Shown: in pieces, positions 9,448 to 18,865 of the stretch
How positions within the stretch are numbered: the stretch's first letter is position 1
Layout: every line of letters starts with the position of its first letter
From: an uncultured SAR86 cluster bacterium
Lineage (GTDB): Bacteria; Pseudomonadota; Gammaproteobacteria; Magnimaribacterales; D2472
Direction: 5' to 3'
Length of the DNA: 64,000 nt
NCBI GenBank assembly: GCA_902558095.1
Contig: CACECP010000001.1
Span: forward strand, 90,050 to 154,049
Position numbers and translations under genes: made by a program
The notes under the pieces: model-generated
Seen by the model: the letters and a program-made list of their open reading frames with translations, nothing else
Database searches by the model: none
What the model was told of the DNA's origin: nothing

Positions 9448-10872
9448 GTGGAAACTAGTAAAGATTTATTTAAAGAGTTAGAAACAGCTGAAAAGCTGTT
9501 TTCTGATGGATCAATTAAAACTGCTCAAAAGAAAGTAAGAAATGTTTTTAACAAAACAAAAAATATTAAAAATATTCCAAATAAATTAAGACACAAATTA
9601 AATGCAGCAATAAATAAATCAAAATATTTTGATGATATTTCAGCATTTGCAACAAATCCTAAAAGAGATGAGTTGATAACTATGGTTAAAGCTTTAATTG
9701 ATAAGCCATTAAATAATCCTAGAAAACATGCTCATGCAATCCATGATATTCAAGGGCAATGGCAATTATTAGATTTATCAAGCAAGACTGCATCAAAAAA
9801 TCAATGGCTAAGTTTTAATGAATTAACAAATAAAGCATGGGAATTTTGTAAAGAATACTTTGAAGAAATTAAAGAATTGAAACTTAAAAATGCGATTGAA
9901 AGAGAAAAAATAATTAATGAAATTAATCACTTTGTAAATGAAAACAACCATAAATCAAAATCAATAAAAGAACTTGTATTATATTTACGTCAAATATTTA
10001 AAAGATGGCAAGAATATGCACCTGTTTTAGATAAAGATCTAAATAGATTAAAGAAATTATATACAGATGCCAAGAAACCAATTAATGAAGAAATAATTAA
10101 ACAAGAGCTAGCTAATAAACAAAATAAAGAACTATTAATTGTCAAAGTTGATGAAATTGATGATGATGACAATGAAGTTTGTATAAATAAATTTAAGGCA
10201 TTAAAAGATTCATGGATGAAGATTGGTCCAGCAGGAAAGAAAAACGATATCAAATTATGGTCTAAGTTTAATAAATCTGCAGATAGATTTTTTGTTGAAA
10301 AAAAGAAGGCTATAGATGAAGAAATAAAACTACTTAAACAACTTACAAAAGATTTGGATGCAGACATTAAGTCTCTTAATGAAACGGAAAATAATCTTAA
10401 AAATTTTACAAATGTTAAAAATACCAAAGAGTTTAAAGAAATAAAAAATTTAATAGATGAAAAGAAATCTTTACAAATTAAAAAACAAAACGATGAAAAG
10501 CTTTCTAAATATAAAAATATATTTAATGCCCTTCTAAAAAAAGAATCTATTGGTGATATTAATAATAACTTTAAAGAGGCAGTTAATAAGTCATTTGAAA
10601 ATACAAAATCTGATTTAGATGAATTGGTATATGCATGCGTAAAACTTGAGATTTTAGCTAATCTTGGATCTCTAAAAAAATATGATGATCTTCGAAAATC
10701 AATCCAATTAGAATTACTTCAAAATAAATTTAACAAAAATGATAAGTCTGAATTAAATGACCTTGATTCAATGGTTTGTCATTTCATAATAAATTTTTCT
10801 TCTCTCGACTCAGGAACAGAACACAAAAAATTATGGAATCGAATGACAAAATGCTTTGAAGTTCTTATTTAA
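9448..10872 (+). CDS. DUF349-like lysine-rich repeat protein
   Basis: 474 aa with a GTG start. Repeated helical modules carry the W...G/..LW..F....D.FF pattern (WMKIGPAGKKNDIKLWSKFNKSADRFF), typical of DUF349. Confidence 0.6.
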   Translation: METSKDLFKELETAEKLFSDGSIKTAQKKVRNVFNKTKNIKNIPNKLRHKLNAAINKSKYFDDISAFATNPKRDELITMVKALIDKPLNNPRKHAHAIHDIQGQWQLLDLSSKTASKNQWLSFNELTNKAWEFCKEYFEEIKELKLKNAIEREKIINEINHFVNENNHKSKSIKELVLYLRQIFKRWQEYAPVLDKDLNRLKKLYTDAKKPINEEIIKQELANKQNKELLIVKVDEIDDDDNEVCINKFKALKDSWMKIGPAGKKNDIKLWSKFNKSADRFFVEKKKAIDEEIKLLKQLTKDLDADIKSLNETENNLKNFTNVKNTKEFKEIKNLIDEKKSLQIKKQNDEKLSKYKNIFNALLKKESIGDINNNFKEAVNKSFENTKSDLDELVYACVKLEILANLGSLKKYDDLRKSIQLELLQNKFNKNDKSELNDLDSMVCHFIINFSSLDSGTEHKKLWNRMTKCFEVLI

Positions 10873-12301
10873 GGCTTTTCATTGTTTCTTTATATTCGGA
10901 TGATGATAAAGAGTAGCCTCTAAGACTTTTCATTATTTCTTTATGCCTGGATGATGATAATGAGTAACCTAGGAATATTATAAAAGGAACAATCATTAAT
11001 AAAGTTGTTCCAGGCCCTTGAACTACCGCCAATGTGTAGCCCTGCTCAATTGATGGATTATCTTTATCAAAACCTATAAATGTAAGAACTAAGCCTGCAA
11101 AAAATGATCCTAGACCTGCATTTAATTTCTGCATAAATCCAACTGTTGCATATAAAATACCTTCTTGTCTTTTACCACTTTGGAGTTCAACCTCATCAGC
11201 TATATCTCCAACCATTGAATCTCTGACCATGATTCCCATTACATTTAATGTAATAAGAAAAACAAGAAAGAAACTTATAAAAAATACTAGTTCTAATGAG
11301 CCTTTTTCCGGCGTTAAGCCCAAGTTATACATGATGAATGCTGCTGGAGAAAACAAACCAACACCTGCGATTGCTATTAGTACAATAGTACGTTTTTCTA
11401 AAATTCTTACAATTCTTGGAGTTATAAAAAATGCTAATAGAGTTGCAATAAGATAAATAGGTAGGAAGTATTTAATTTGAGTAGCTTCAAATTCCCAAAA
11501 ATAAGTGTTAACAAATAATGTTAAAGTATTAGCCAAACCCCAAGCTAAAGATAAAAATAAGTTACCAAAGAAAAATATTAAAAAGGCTTTATTAGTTATA
11601 GCAATTTTTAATTCTTTCAAAATTTCTATAAGTGCTATATTTCCTTGCCATTTTGATAACCCTTTAATTTCATCCCTTGTTGAAAAAGATGAATAGAGAA
11701 CAGATGCTATCATGATGATGGCTCCAGTAAGTGCAAATGGAAACCATGCATCAGGGTTTAATTGACCTTTAGGGTATTCAGCAGTTGATGCAAAAAAGAC
11801 ACCATATCCTAAAAACGCATTACTAAGTCCCGCAACCCATCCCATCATCTCTCTCCATGACATTAGGAGAGTTCTTTCTTCGTAATCTTTTGTTACCTCT
11901 CCACCAAAAGCTCTGTGCGGCACATCAAAAAGTGTCATACCTATTCTGGTAAGAATTGTAAATAAAGTCATCCAAATAAATAATTCATTTTGCGTCATAG
12001 CCCAGTCTTGTCTGGGGGCAAAAAGTAGAATATATCCTACTGACATAGGTATAAATGAAATCATCATAAATGGATGACGCCTACCATATTTGGTGTTTGT
12101 CCTATCAGAAATAGTTCCCATTAATGGATCTGTTACTGCATCAACACATAACGCAATTAGAATTGCCAGTCCTGCCAAGCCTGAATTTAAACCAATGATA
12201 TTGCTATAAAAGAATAATAAAAAGAACGTAAAAGTGTCTGTCTTAACTCCATTTGCAACAGCACCAATAGAATAATTAAATTTAAATTTATTAGTTAGCA
12301 T
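10865..12301 (-). CDS. GPH/MFS-family cation symporter (MelB-like)
   Basis: 478 aa with about 12 TM. GPH-type motif DAVTDPLMGTISDRTNTKYGRRHPF follows TM2. The C-terminus contains a 17-aa tandem duplication. The 3' end overlaps the convergent DUF349 gene by 8 nt. Confidence 0.8.
   Translation of the reverse strand: MLTNKFKFNYSIGAVANGVKTDTFTFFLLFFYSNIIGLNSGLAGLAILIALCVDAVTDPLMGTISDRTNTKYGRRHPFMMISFIPMSVGYILLFAPRQDWAMTQNELFIWMTLFTILTRIGMTLFDVPHRAFGGEVTKDYEERTLLMSWREMMGWVAGLSNAFLGYGVFFASTAEYPKGQLNPDAWFPFALTGAIIMIASVLYSSFSTRDEIKGLSKWQGNIALIEILKELKIAITNKAFLIFFFGNLFLSLAWGLANTLTLFVNTYFWEFEATQIKYFLPIYLIATLLAFFITPRIVRILEKRTIVLIAIAGVGLFSPAAFIMYNLGLTPEKGSLELVFFISFFLVFLITLNVMGIMVRDSMVGDIADEVELQSGKRQEGILYATVGFMQKLNAGLGSFFAGLVLTFIGFDKDNPSIEQGYTLAVVQGPGTTLLMIVPFIIFLGYSLSSSRHKEIMKSLRGYSLSSSEYKETMKSLK
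10871..10972 (-). repeat. Tandem 2 x 51-bp direct repeat at the 3' end of the transporter gene
   Basis: Unit 1 (10871..10921) and unit 2 (10922..10972) align without gaps at roughly four-fifths identity by eye. They encode LGYSLSSSRHKEIMKSL / RGYSLSSSEYKETMKSL. Confidence 0.85.
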
Positions 12302-12309
12302 TTTTTAAA

Positions 12310-13290
12310 TTACTTATTTAGATGAATCAATAAGTCTTCTTTAAATTGATCAAATACTGGTGGTTCAATTAAATGCCTCATATCAGGTATTATTTTTAAA
12401 GTACTATTTTGAATATGTTTATGAGCTTTATGAGCATTTTTAACTTTTATGAGAGGGTCTTGAGCTCCATGAATTATTAATGTTGGAGCAGTTATAGTCT
12501 CAATTCTTTCTATTCGATTGGGAGATCCTAAAATTGCTGTTATTTGTCTTCCAAAACCAGTATCGTCTTTACCTGCTCTTTCTATTGAAGTTTTGGTATT
12601 TTCATAAAATTCAGTTGTGTTTAAATCTGTACCTTCGTAACCAATTTCTTTAAAAATTTTTCTAGTTCTTTCAATACGTTCATCCATTGATGCATCAGGA
12701 TTTTTTGTTCTATTCATTAATAATTTTCTTACTTTTCTTGTTGGTCCATTAAAAGGAGATGGTGTTGAGGCTGTTGAAGCAATTAATGTAAAAGTCTTAA
12801 CCTTTTCTGGATAATTGGCAACAAGTACTTGAGCTATCATTCCACCCATCGAAATACCTAAAACGTGGGCATTTTCAATATTTAACTCGTTTAAGACTGC
12901 AACTGCATCGTCCGCCATATCATCAATAGTATATTCAGATTTAACTTGCATTCTGAGATAATACCTTATGTAACTTCGAACAATTGTGCTATCTATTTTA
13001 TCCTTTGAAAAAGCGTCACTTTCAATTCTAGAAGAAAGACCAGTATCTCTATTATCAAAAACAATTGGTCTAAAGTTATTATCAATAAGAAAATCAATTA
13101 AATGTTGAGGCCAATTTATTAATTGTCCCCCAAGCCCTTGGACTAATAAGATTGGCTCAGCATCAACAGGACCATAATCACGATAATATATTTCAATATC
13201 ATTGTTTTTTGCAACGCCTTCCTCGTATGAATATAGACTCGAGTTTGTGAACATAATTATTAGAAAAATTATTTTTTTATATAAATGCAT
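12310..13290 (-). CDS. Secreted alpha/beta hydrolase
   Basis: 326 aa with an N-terminal signal-like segment (IIFLIIMFTNSSLYS) and nucleophile elbow GISMGG. The C-terminal DxxH context is typical of the fold. Confidence 0.75.
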   Translation of the reverse strand: MHLYKKIIFLIIMFTNSSLYSYEEGVAKNNDIEIYYRDYGPVDAEPILLVQGLGGQLINWPQHLIDFLIDNNFRPIVFDNRDTGLSSRIESDAFSKDKIDSTIVRSYIRYYLRMQVKSEYTIDDMADDAVAVLNELNIENAHVLGISMGGMIAQVLVANYPEKVKTFTLIASTASTPSPFNGPTRKVRKLLMNRTKNPDASMDERIERTRKIFKEIGYEGTDLNTTEFYENTKTSIERAGKDDTGFGRQITAILGSPNRIERIETITAPTLIIHGAQDPLIKVKNAHKAHKHIQNSTLKIIPDMRHLIEPPVFDQFKEDLLIHLNK

Positions 13291-14371
13291 CTATTCTATC
13301 TTTAATATTTTGCCTTAATGTACCCCAAAAAAGCATGATATCAAAGGGATGAAGATCACCATTAAAGTATTTCATTTTCTTTATATTTTCTATTAATACT
13401 CCTTTAGCTTCTAGCAATCCTGATTCTTTATTAACCGAACATTTAAAACCTTGAATTCTTGTTAAACCAATAGATTTCTTAGATCCCGTATGTTCTACCC
13501 TAAGCCTATCAGTAAAATCATAATTTTGTGCCTTATTTATTATTGATTTATTTTTTTCATCTGAATGCCAATCATTATCGTTGGTCCATGAAAAAGGATT
13601 AGTAGAAATAATTTTTTGGCTCATTAATTCAACACTCCAACCTTTTGGTGTCCAAAAAAGAGTTTTTTCTCTATTTCTTTTAAATCCCTCAACAACAGAA
13701 GACCAGGAAACTATACAACCAGTATCATTAAAAGAAGATGATTTTTTTGTGTTAGGAAAAAGATCTGAATAATATTTTTCAGGAATGATATAACCAATAA
13801 CATATGCGCAAACTAATTTAGTTTTGAGGTGCGTATTATCAATCATTTTATTTATTAACCTGTGTGCATGTAATGCTCCTTGACTGTGAGCTGCGATTAT
13901 AAATGGCTTATCTTCATTTAAATTTTCAATAAAGAATTTAAAAGCAGATTCGATATCTGAATATGCGAGATCTAATGCACTTCTTCCATTGTTTTTAATG
14001 TCAAAAAAAGAATAGTAAGTTGCCTGTCTGTATTCAGGAGCATAAATATTACATGACTCATTAAATGCTGATGCTTGATTTCCTAACATAATTTCTGTTC
14101 TTTCATATGCTGACTTATTTTTATCCATATCGGAGTTCCAGTTCTTCTCATAAAATCCAGTAGGATGTATATAAAAAACATTAACTTCATTATTGTTTTT
14201 ATTAACAACAAATGATTCGTCAGGAACATAAAACTGCTGACCATCAATATCTGGTAATGCTGCCCAATTCTTAAGGTTTGAATAATCTGGTTTTGTGGGG
14301 GTGTTAGATATATCGAAGTCGACTTCTGGTTTTATAAGCTCAAGGAGCTTAAATGTGCTTTTATCTGTCAT
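13277..14371 (-). CDS. Alpha/beta-hydrolase-like lipase family protein (DUF3089-like)
   Basis: 364 aa with nucleophile elbow AAHSQGA. The DUF3089 assignment is from memory of the family pattern and is unverified. Confidence 0.5.
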   Translation of the reverse strand: MTDKSTFKLLELIKPEVDFDISNTPTKPDYSNLKNWAALPDIDGQQFYVPDESFVVNKNNNEVNVFYIHPTGFYEKNWNSDMDKNKSAYERTEIMLGNQASAFNESCNIYAPEYRQATYYSFFDIKNNGRSALDLAYSDIESAFKFFIENLNEDKPFIIAAHSQGALHAHRLINKMIDNTHLKTKLVCAYVIGYIIPEKYYSDLFPNTKKSSSFNDTGCIVSWSSVVEGFKRNREKTLFWTPKGWSVELMSQKIISTNPFSWTNDNDWHSDEKNKSIINKAQNYDFTDRLRVEHTGSKKSIGLTRIQGFKCSVNKESGLLEAKGVLIENIKKMKYFNGDLHPFDIMLFWGTLRQNIKDRIDAFI

Positions 14372-14944
14372 TTAAGATTGCAGATATATAGACTTTTTAG
14401 GTTTCTGAAATAGTTCTTTTACCATTGGAATGAAAAAATCTAAATCTAGTGTGTCGTAATCAGGATCAAAACTATTTTGATCATATTTCTCACAAAACTC
14501 TCTACAACTTTCAAAATATGGGTTATCTTTATATTTATCTCTCATATTTTTATCTAAACCAAGAAACTCAAAAAAATAATAGCCTTGGAATATACCGTGA
14601 TGTTTCACTATCCAGTAGTTCTCTTCAGATACAAAAGGTTCCAATATAGTTGCTGCTAATTCTGCGTGATTAGCAGGAGCAAGATTATCTCCTATATCAT
14701 GTATTAGAGCACATACAACATATTCATTATCCTTACCATCTCTGTATGCTCTTGTAGCGGTTTGGAGGCAGTGTGTAAGCCTAGTGACCTGGAATCCACC
14801 ATAATCATGCTCAAGCATCATTAAATGATCTATAACTTTATCTGCTAAATGGTCATAATCTTTTGCATTACTAGCAGCAATAATGGAGTAATCATCAGCG
14901 TCTCCATCTTTCATTTGAGTAAATTTTGCTCTCTGTTCAGACAT
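14372..14944 (-). CDS. HD-domain protein, COG4341/PhnZ-like (possible diiron oxygenase family)
   Basis: 190 aa with the ordered ligand-like residues H (LTHCLQTAT), HD (LIHDIGD), H (ANHAEL), HH (VKHHGIF) and D (DQNSFDPDY). This pattern resembles MIOX/PhnZ-type HD proteins. Confidence 0.5.
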   Translation of the reverse strand: MSEQRAKFTQMKDGDADDYSIIAASNAKDYDHLADKVIDHLMMLEHDYGGFQVTRLTHCLQTATRAYRDGKDNEYVVCALIHDIGDNLAPANHAELAATILEPFVSEENYWIVKHHGIFQGYYFFEFLGLDKNMRDKYKDNPYFESCREFCEKYDQNSFDPDYDTLDLDFFIPMVKELFQKPKKSIYLQS

Positions 14945-14968
14945 ATAAAAATTATATCTTAAAAAAGA

Positions 14969-15385
14969 TTAATCTTGTATGTGAATTATTTTGTTTGTTG
15001 CAGATGCAACAGCAACAAGATTGCCATCCTGATAAAGTTCGCCAGTTGTAAATGCCACAGATTTACCTTTTTTTACGATTTTACCAATCGCTGTTGTTTT
15101 TATATTTGGTGAGCAGGACTTAAGAAATTTAACATCAATATCTAATGTTAAAGGTAATGATTTACCTTTAGATTCAAACATTATAAATTGTGACATACAA
15201 GCGTCTATCATACCAGTTACAAACCCACCTTGAATAATAGTTCCATTAGAATGTGTTAACTTTTCACTAGGCGTATATTCATTAATCCAAGCATCTTTGT
15301 TTTCATCATAAAATGCATTAGTAAAACCTAACATAGATAGAAATTCAGGAGCTTCTTGAAAAAATTCTTTAAGATCTTTATTCAT
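14969..15385 (-). CDS. PaaI/4HBT-type hotdog-fold thioesterase
   Basis: 138 aa with motif GTIIQGGFVTGMIDA and a length typical of PaaI-family thioesterases. Confidence 0.7.
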   Translation of the reverse strand: MNKDLKEFFQEAPEFLSMLGFTNAFYDENKDAWINEYTPSEKLTHSNGTIIQGGFVTGMIDACMSQFIMFESKGKSLPLTLDIDVKFLKSCSPNIKTTAIGKIVKKGKSVAFTTGELYQDGNLVAVASATNKIIHIQD

Positions 15386-15392
15386 ATGTAAT

Positions 15393-15484
15393 TGGCGGAG
15401 GGGGTGGGATTCGAACCCACGGTGCCGATGAAGGCACGACGGTTTTCAAGACCGTTACAATAAACCAGACTCTGCCACCCCTCC
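15393..15484 (-). tRNA. tRNA-Ser (anticodon UGA)
   Basis: The reverse complement reads GGAGGGGTGGCAGAGTCTGGTTTATTGTAACGGTCTTGAAAACCGTCGTGCCTTCATCGGCACCGTGGGTTCGAATCCCACCCCCTCCGCCA. It has a 7-bp acceptor stem, an ACGGU/ACCGU anticodon stem with loop CUUGAAA, a long variable arm, a GTTCGAATC T-loop and an encoded CCA. Confidence 0.95.
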
Positions 15485-15540
15485 TATTGTAAATCGCTAT
15501 TTTATAGGGTTTTTAAAACTTATCAATATGTTAATAAAAG

Positions 15541-15570
15541 CAAAAAATCCCCATACGACACGTATACGGC
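15541..15570 (-). terminator. Possible weak rho-independent terminator after the small lipoprotein gene
   Basis: On the minus strand a short hairpin (AUACG-UGU-CGUAU core, flanked by G/C) is followed by a UUUUUUGCUUUUAUU tract. Confidence 0.35.
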
Positions 15571-15617
15571 ATTGATTTTGGCTATTTGTTAAAACAATAT
15601 ATTAAAACAACTTCTTT

Positions 15618-15941
15618 CTATTTTTTATCTCTTATGAAAGTAACTTGGTCGCCAACAACACTTGTTACAACTAAGGTATCTCCATCAATTAGTGACATAA
15701 TCAAGGTTTCACTATTACAATAAATTGTAGAAGTTTTTTCTTTTGGTTTTTCGATAGTGCAAACTTCTGAAAATTCCCCATCTTCGAAAACACTCATTGC
15801 TGACACTCCAACATCAGCATCTATTTCTCCTATTTCAATCGTGACGCCAGATGAATCAACAATGGACCAGTTACCTTCAAAGCCGGGTGAACCACAAGCA
15901 GTTAAAAATACTAATGCTAAAAACGCATATAATTTATTCAT
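15618..15941 (-). CDS. Small hypothetical lipoprotein
   Basis: 107 aa with a signal peptide and lipobox (FLALVFLTAC|GS). No recognisable domain. Confidence 0.6.
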   Translation of the reverse strand: MNKLYAFLALVFLTACGSPGFEGNWSIVDSSGVTIEIGEIDADVGVSAMSVFEDGEFSEVCTIEKPKEKTSTIYCNSETLIMSLIDGDTLVVTSVVGDQVTFIRDKK

Positions 15942-16069
15942 AATTTTCTACTCTTTTAATTACTATATCAAAAATGCCATAAATTTGTGTTTTTTAAAAA
16001 CATTTCTTAATGATAGGCGGACATGATAAGGTTAATAAGATATTTAGGTTTTTACTGATGCTTGAAATA

Positions 16070-16855
16070 TTATTCAGGTTTTTTAAATAACAAGGTCATC
16101 CTATCACTCTCGCCAATTTCTAGATATTTTTCCTTATCTTTGTCTTTTAACCTTAATGATGGTGGTAATGTCCATACACCTCTTTCATAATTTTTGAGAT
16201 CTTTTGGATTAGCATTTATTTCAGATTTATCTACTAATACAAAGCCATGTTTTTTTGCTATTGAAATAGCATAATCCTCAGTAACATAACCACTTTTTTT
16301 CATGGCATCAAGAGTTGTACCTGGATTAGCTCTGTGTTCCACTACACCAAAAATACCACCTGGTTTCAGTGTTTTATAACTATTTTCAAAAATTTTATCA
16401 ATTTGTGGCCCAATCCAATTATGTAAATTTCTGAATGTTACTACTGCATCAACAGAATTCTTAGGTGCTAAATTAGAACTCAAGTCTACAATAGAGACAT
16501 TATTATACATTTTGGAGCTTTTCATTTTTTTCTCAAAATTAGCTCTCCCTCTTTTAAAGTATTCTCTATCTGAATTAGAATCAAAATGTGCTGCAATAAG
16601 ATTACCTGGTTCATGCAAATAGTTAGCAAATATTTCTGTATACCATCCCGAACCTGGAGATAGTTCGACAACAGTCATATCTGGCTCTATTTTAAAAAAT
16701 GTAATAGTTTCATATGGATTTCTGTACTTATCTCTCATTACATTCTTTGGCGTTCTATCAGAACTATTGATAGCGCCCTTTAAATCATGTGCTTGTAAGA
16801 ATGAAGGAATTGATAACAAAATTACCAATGACATAAATATATTTATTTTTTTCAT
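16070..16855 (-). CDS. Exported class I SAM-dependent methyltransferase
   Basis: 261 aa with signal peptide MKKINIFMSLVILLSIPSFLQA and SAM motif I VVELSPGSGWYTE. Confidence 0.65.
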   Translation of the reverse strand: MKKINIFMSLVILLSIPSFLQAHDLKGAINSSDRTPKNVMRDKYRNPYETITFFKIEPDMTVVELSPGSGWYTEIFANYLHEPGNLIAAHFDSNSDREYFKRGRANFEKKMKSSKMYNNVSIVDLSSNLAPKNSVDAVVTFRNLHNWIGPQIDKIFENSYKTLKPGGIFGVVEHRANPGTTLDAMKKSGYVTEDYAISIAKKHGFVLVDKSEINANPKDLKNYERGVWTLPPSLRLKDKDKEKYLEIGESDRMTLLFKKPE

Positions 16856-16990
16856 TTATATATTTTAAAATATTTTAAATATAAAAGCTTTATTTAACTT
16901 ACTTGAGGAAAGTATTAAGTTAAATTAAAATTTTTAATGTTTAAATAATCTAGTTATTTTTGTTTTTAATAAAAAAATAACTATATCTCA

Positions 16991-17728
16991 ATGAAATTAA
17001 TCAAAGCTGATAATTATCAAACCTGGTACATAGAAAATAATAATAAGTCTATCCTGATAGATCCTTGGTTAAGTAATAAATTACAACCAGAAAATTCTTT
17101 TTTTATTCAGAGAAATAAAGACAATATTACAGTTTTAAATCAGGAACAAATCGAAAAAGTTAATGCAATAATTATTACAGCTCCTTTTGAAGATCATCTT
17201 CATTTTGACACAATTAAAATGTTTTCTAATGAAATAAAAATTTATACCTCAAATATTGTAAAAAAAGTTTTAGTAAAGAATAAGATAAATAACCCAATTA
17301 TTATTCTTAATGAAAATGGTCATATGATAAATTCAATAAAGGTAAAGTCTTTACCTACAAGTTATCCCTATTACAAGTCTACATTTTCTCTGCTCTTTGA
17401 AGATGAAGATCATAATAGAATTTTTCATGAGGGACATAGAGTCAATTTTAAATATATTCAAAGAAATAACATCAAAGCTGATATATCAATATTAACTGCA
17501 GAGGAAAGTAAATTATTTGGCTTTATCCAGCTTGGTATGAATTATAAAAATACCTTAAAAGCTACAGAATTATTAGAATCTAAGAAATTGTTTATAACAG
17601 GAAATTTTCCTAACAAAACGGAAGGCTTTATTAGTAAATTTTTGTATACAAAATCATTCAATATCGATGATATTACAAAAAAAATTGATACTTATATTAA
17701 CGAGGGTGATACTTTTGTATTTAAATAA
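16991..17728 (+). CDS. MBL-fold-like hydrolase with degenerate metal motif (hypothetical)
   Basis: 245 aa. The pattern ILIDPW ... AIIITAPFEDHLHFDT resembles UlaG/UPF0173-type MBL-fold proteins, but the HxHxDH motif is incomplete. Confidence 0.35.
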   Translation: MKLIKADNYQTWYIENNNKSILIDPWLSNKLQPENSFFIQRNKDNITVLNQEQIEKVNAIIITAPFEDHLHFDTIKMFSNEIKIYTSNIVKKVLVKNKINNPIIILNENGHMINSIKVKSLPTSYPYYKSTFSLLFEDEDHNRIFHEGHRVNFKYIQRNNIKADISILTAEESKLFGFIQLGMNYKNTLKATELLESKKLFITGNFPNKTEGFISKFLYTKSFNIDDITKKIDTYINEGDTFVFK

Positions 17729-18836
17729 CTTTGGCTATAGAGCTTAAGCAATGTTCTATATTTTGCTTGTTAGATGAGTGACCCATTAATCCGATTCTCC
17801 AGACTTTACCTGCAAGTGTTCCAAGACCAGCACCTATTTCAAGATTATACTCATTTAATAATTTAGATCTTGTTTTGGGATCGTCAATACCCTCTGGAAT
17901 AAATATAGTATTCAATTGAGGCAATCTGTCATCCTTGTTAACCAAAAAATTTATTCCAATTTGCTCTAAGCCATCTCGCAATAAAACATGATTTTCTAGA
18001 TGTCTTTTCCATGAATTCTCTATACCTTCTTCAGAAAGAATTAATAAAGCTTCATGTAAACCATATAAAGCATTTATTGGGGCGGTGTGATGATAAGATC
18101 GTGCTCCCTCACCTTCCCAATAGGACATGATTAAATTTAAGTCATGGAACCAACTTCTAACTTTAGTAGTTCTATTTTGAATTTTCTCTTTTGCTTTTTT
18201 AGAAAAACTTATTGGAGATAGGCCTGGAGATGCTGAAAGACACTTTTGAGTTCCAGAATAAACTGCATCAATTTCCCATTCATCAACTAATAAAGGTACT
18301 CCTGCTAATCCTGTAACAGTATCGACAATAGATAAACAGTTATAAGTATGTGCTAGTTTAGTCAGTGCTTCAGGATCAGATTTAACACCAGTAGACGTTT
18401 CAGCATGAACAAATGCAACTATTTTTGCGTCTTGATTTAGTTTCAAAGTTTCTTCGACTTTATTGATATCAATTTTTGTACCCCATTCGTCTTCTACCAT
18501 AATTGGTATGCCACCATACCTCTCAACGTTTTCTTTCATTCGTTCACCAAAAAAACCATTTTTACAAATGATTACTTTATCGTTTTCTTCTACAAGATTA
18601 GCAAAACAACATTCCATTCCTGCCATGCCTGGAGCAGAAATAGCATAGGTAAGTTCATTTGTTGTTTGAAATGCATATTGAATAAGGCTCTTAACTTCAT
18701 CCATCATTTTTATAAACACTGGATCTAGGTGACCAATTGTAGGCCTAGCCATAGCTTCAAGAACTCTAGGACTTACATCTGATGGTCCTGGTCCCATTAA
18801 AGTTCTTGATGGAGGTATAAAAGATTGAGATTTCAT
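17721..18836 (-). CDS. Class V aminotransferase (serine--pyruvate / alanine--glyoxylate aminotransferase family)
   Basis: 371 aa with the PLP-lysine context SGTQKCLSASPGLSP. Overall pattern is typical of AGXT-type enzymes. Confidence 0.8.
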   Translation of the reverse strand: MKSQSFIPPSRTLMGPGPSDVSPRVLEAMARPTIGHLDPVFIKMMDEVKSLIQYAFQTTNELTYAISAPGMAGMECCFANLVEENDKVIICKNGFFGERMKENVERYGGIPIMVEDEWGTKIDINKVEETLKLNQDAKIVAFVHAETSTGVKSDPEALTKLAHTYNCLSIVDTVTGLAGVPLLVDEWEIDAVYSGTQKCLSASPGLSPISFSKKAKEKIQNRTTKVRSWFHDLNLIMSYWEGEGARSYHHTAPINALYGLHEALLILSEEGIENSWKRHLENHVLLRDGLEQIGINFLVNKDDRLPQLNTIFIPEGIDDPKTRSKLLNEYNLEIGAGLGTLAGKVWRIGLMGHSSNKQNIEHCLSSIAKVI

Positions 18837-18865
18837 TTTAATAATAATACTAGAAATAAATTATT

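Noticed and set aside
15386-16069. tRNA-Ser as the integration site of a genomic island or prophage.
   Set aside because: No integrase, excisionase or direct repeat of the tRNA 3' end is visible nearby. The flanking genes are ordinary metabolic or lipoprotein genes in the same compact style as the rest of the window.
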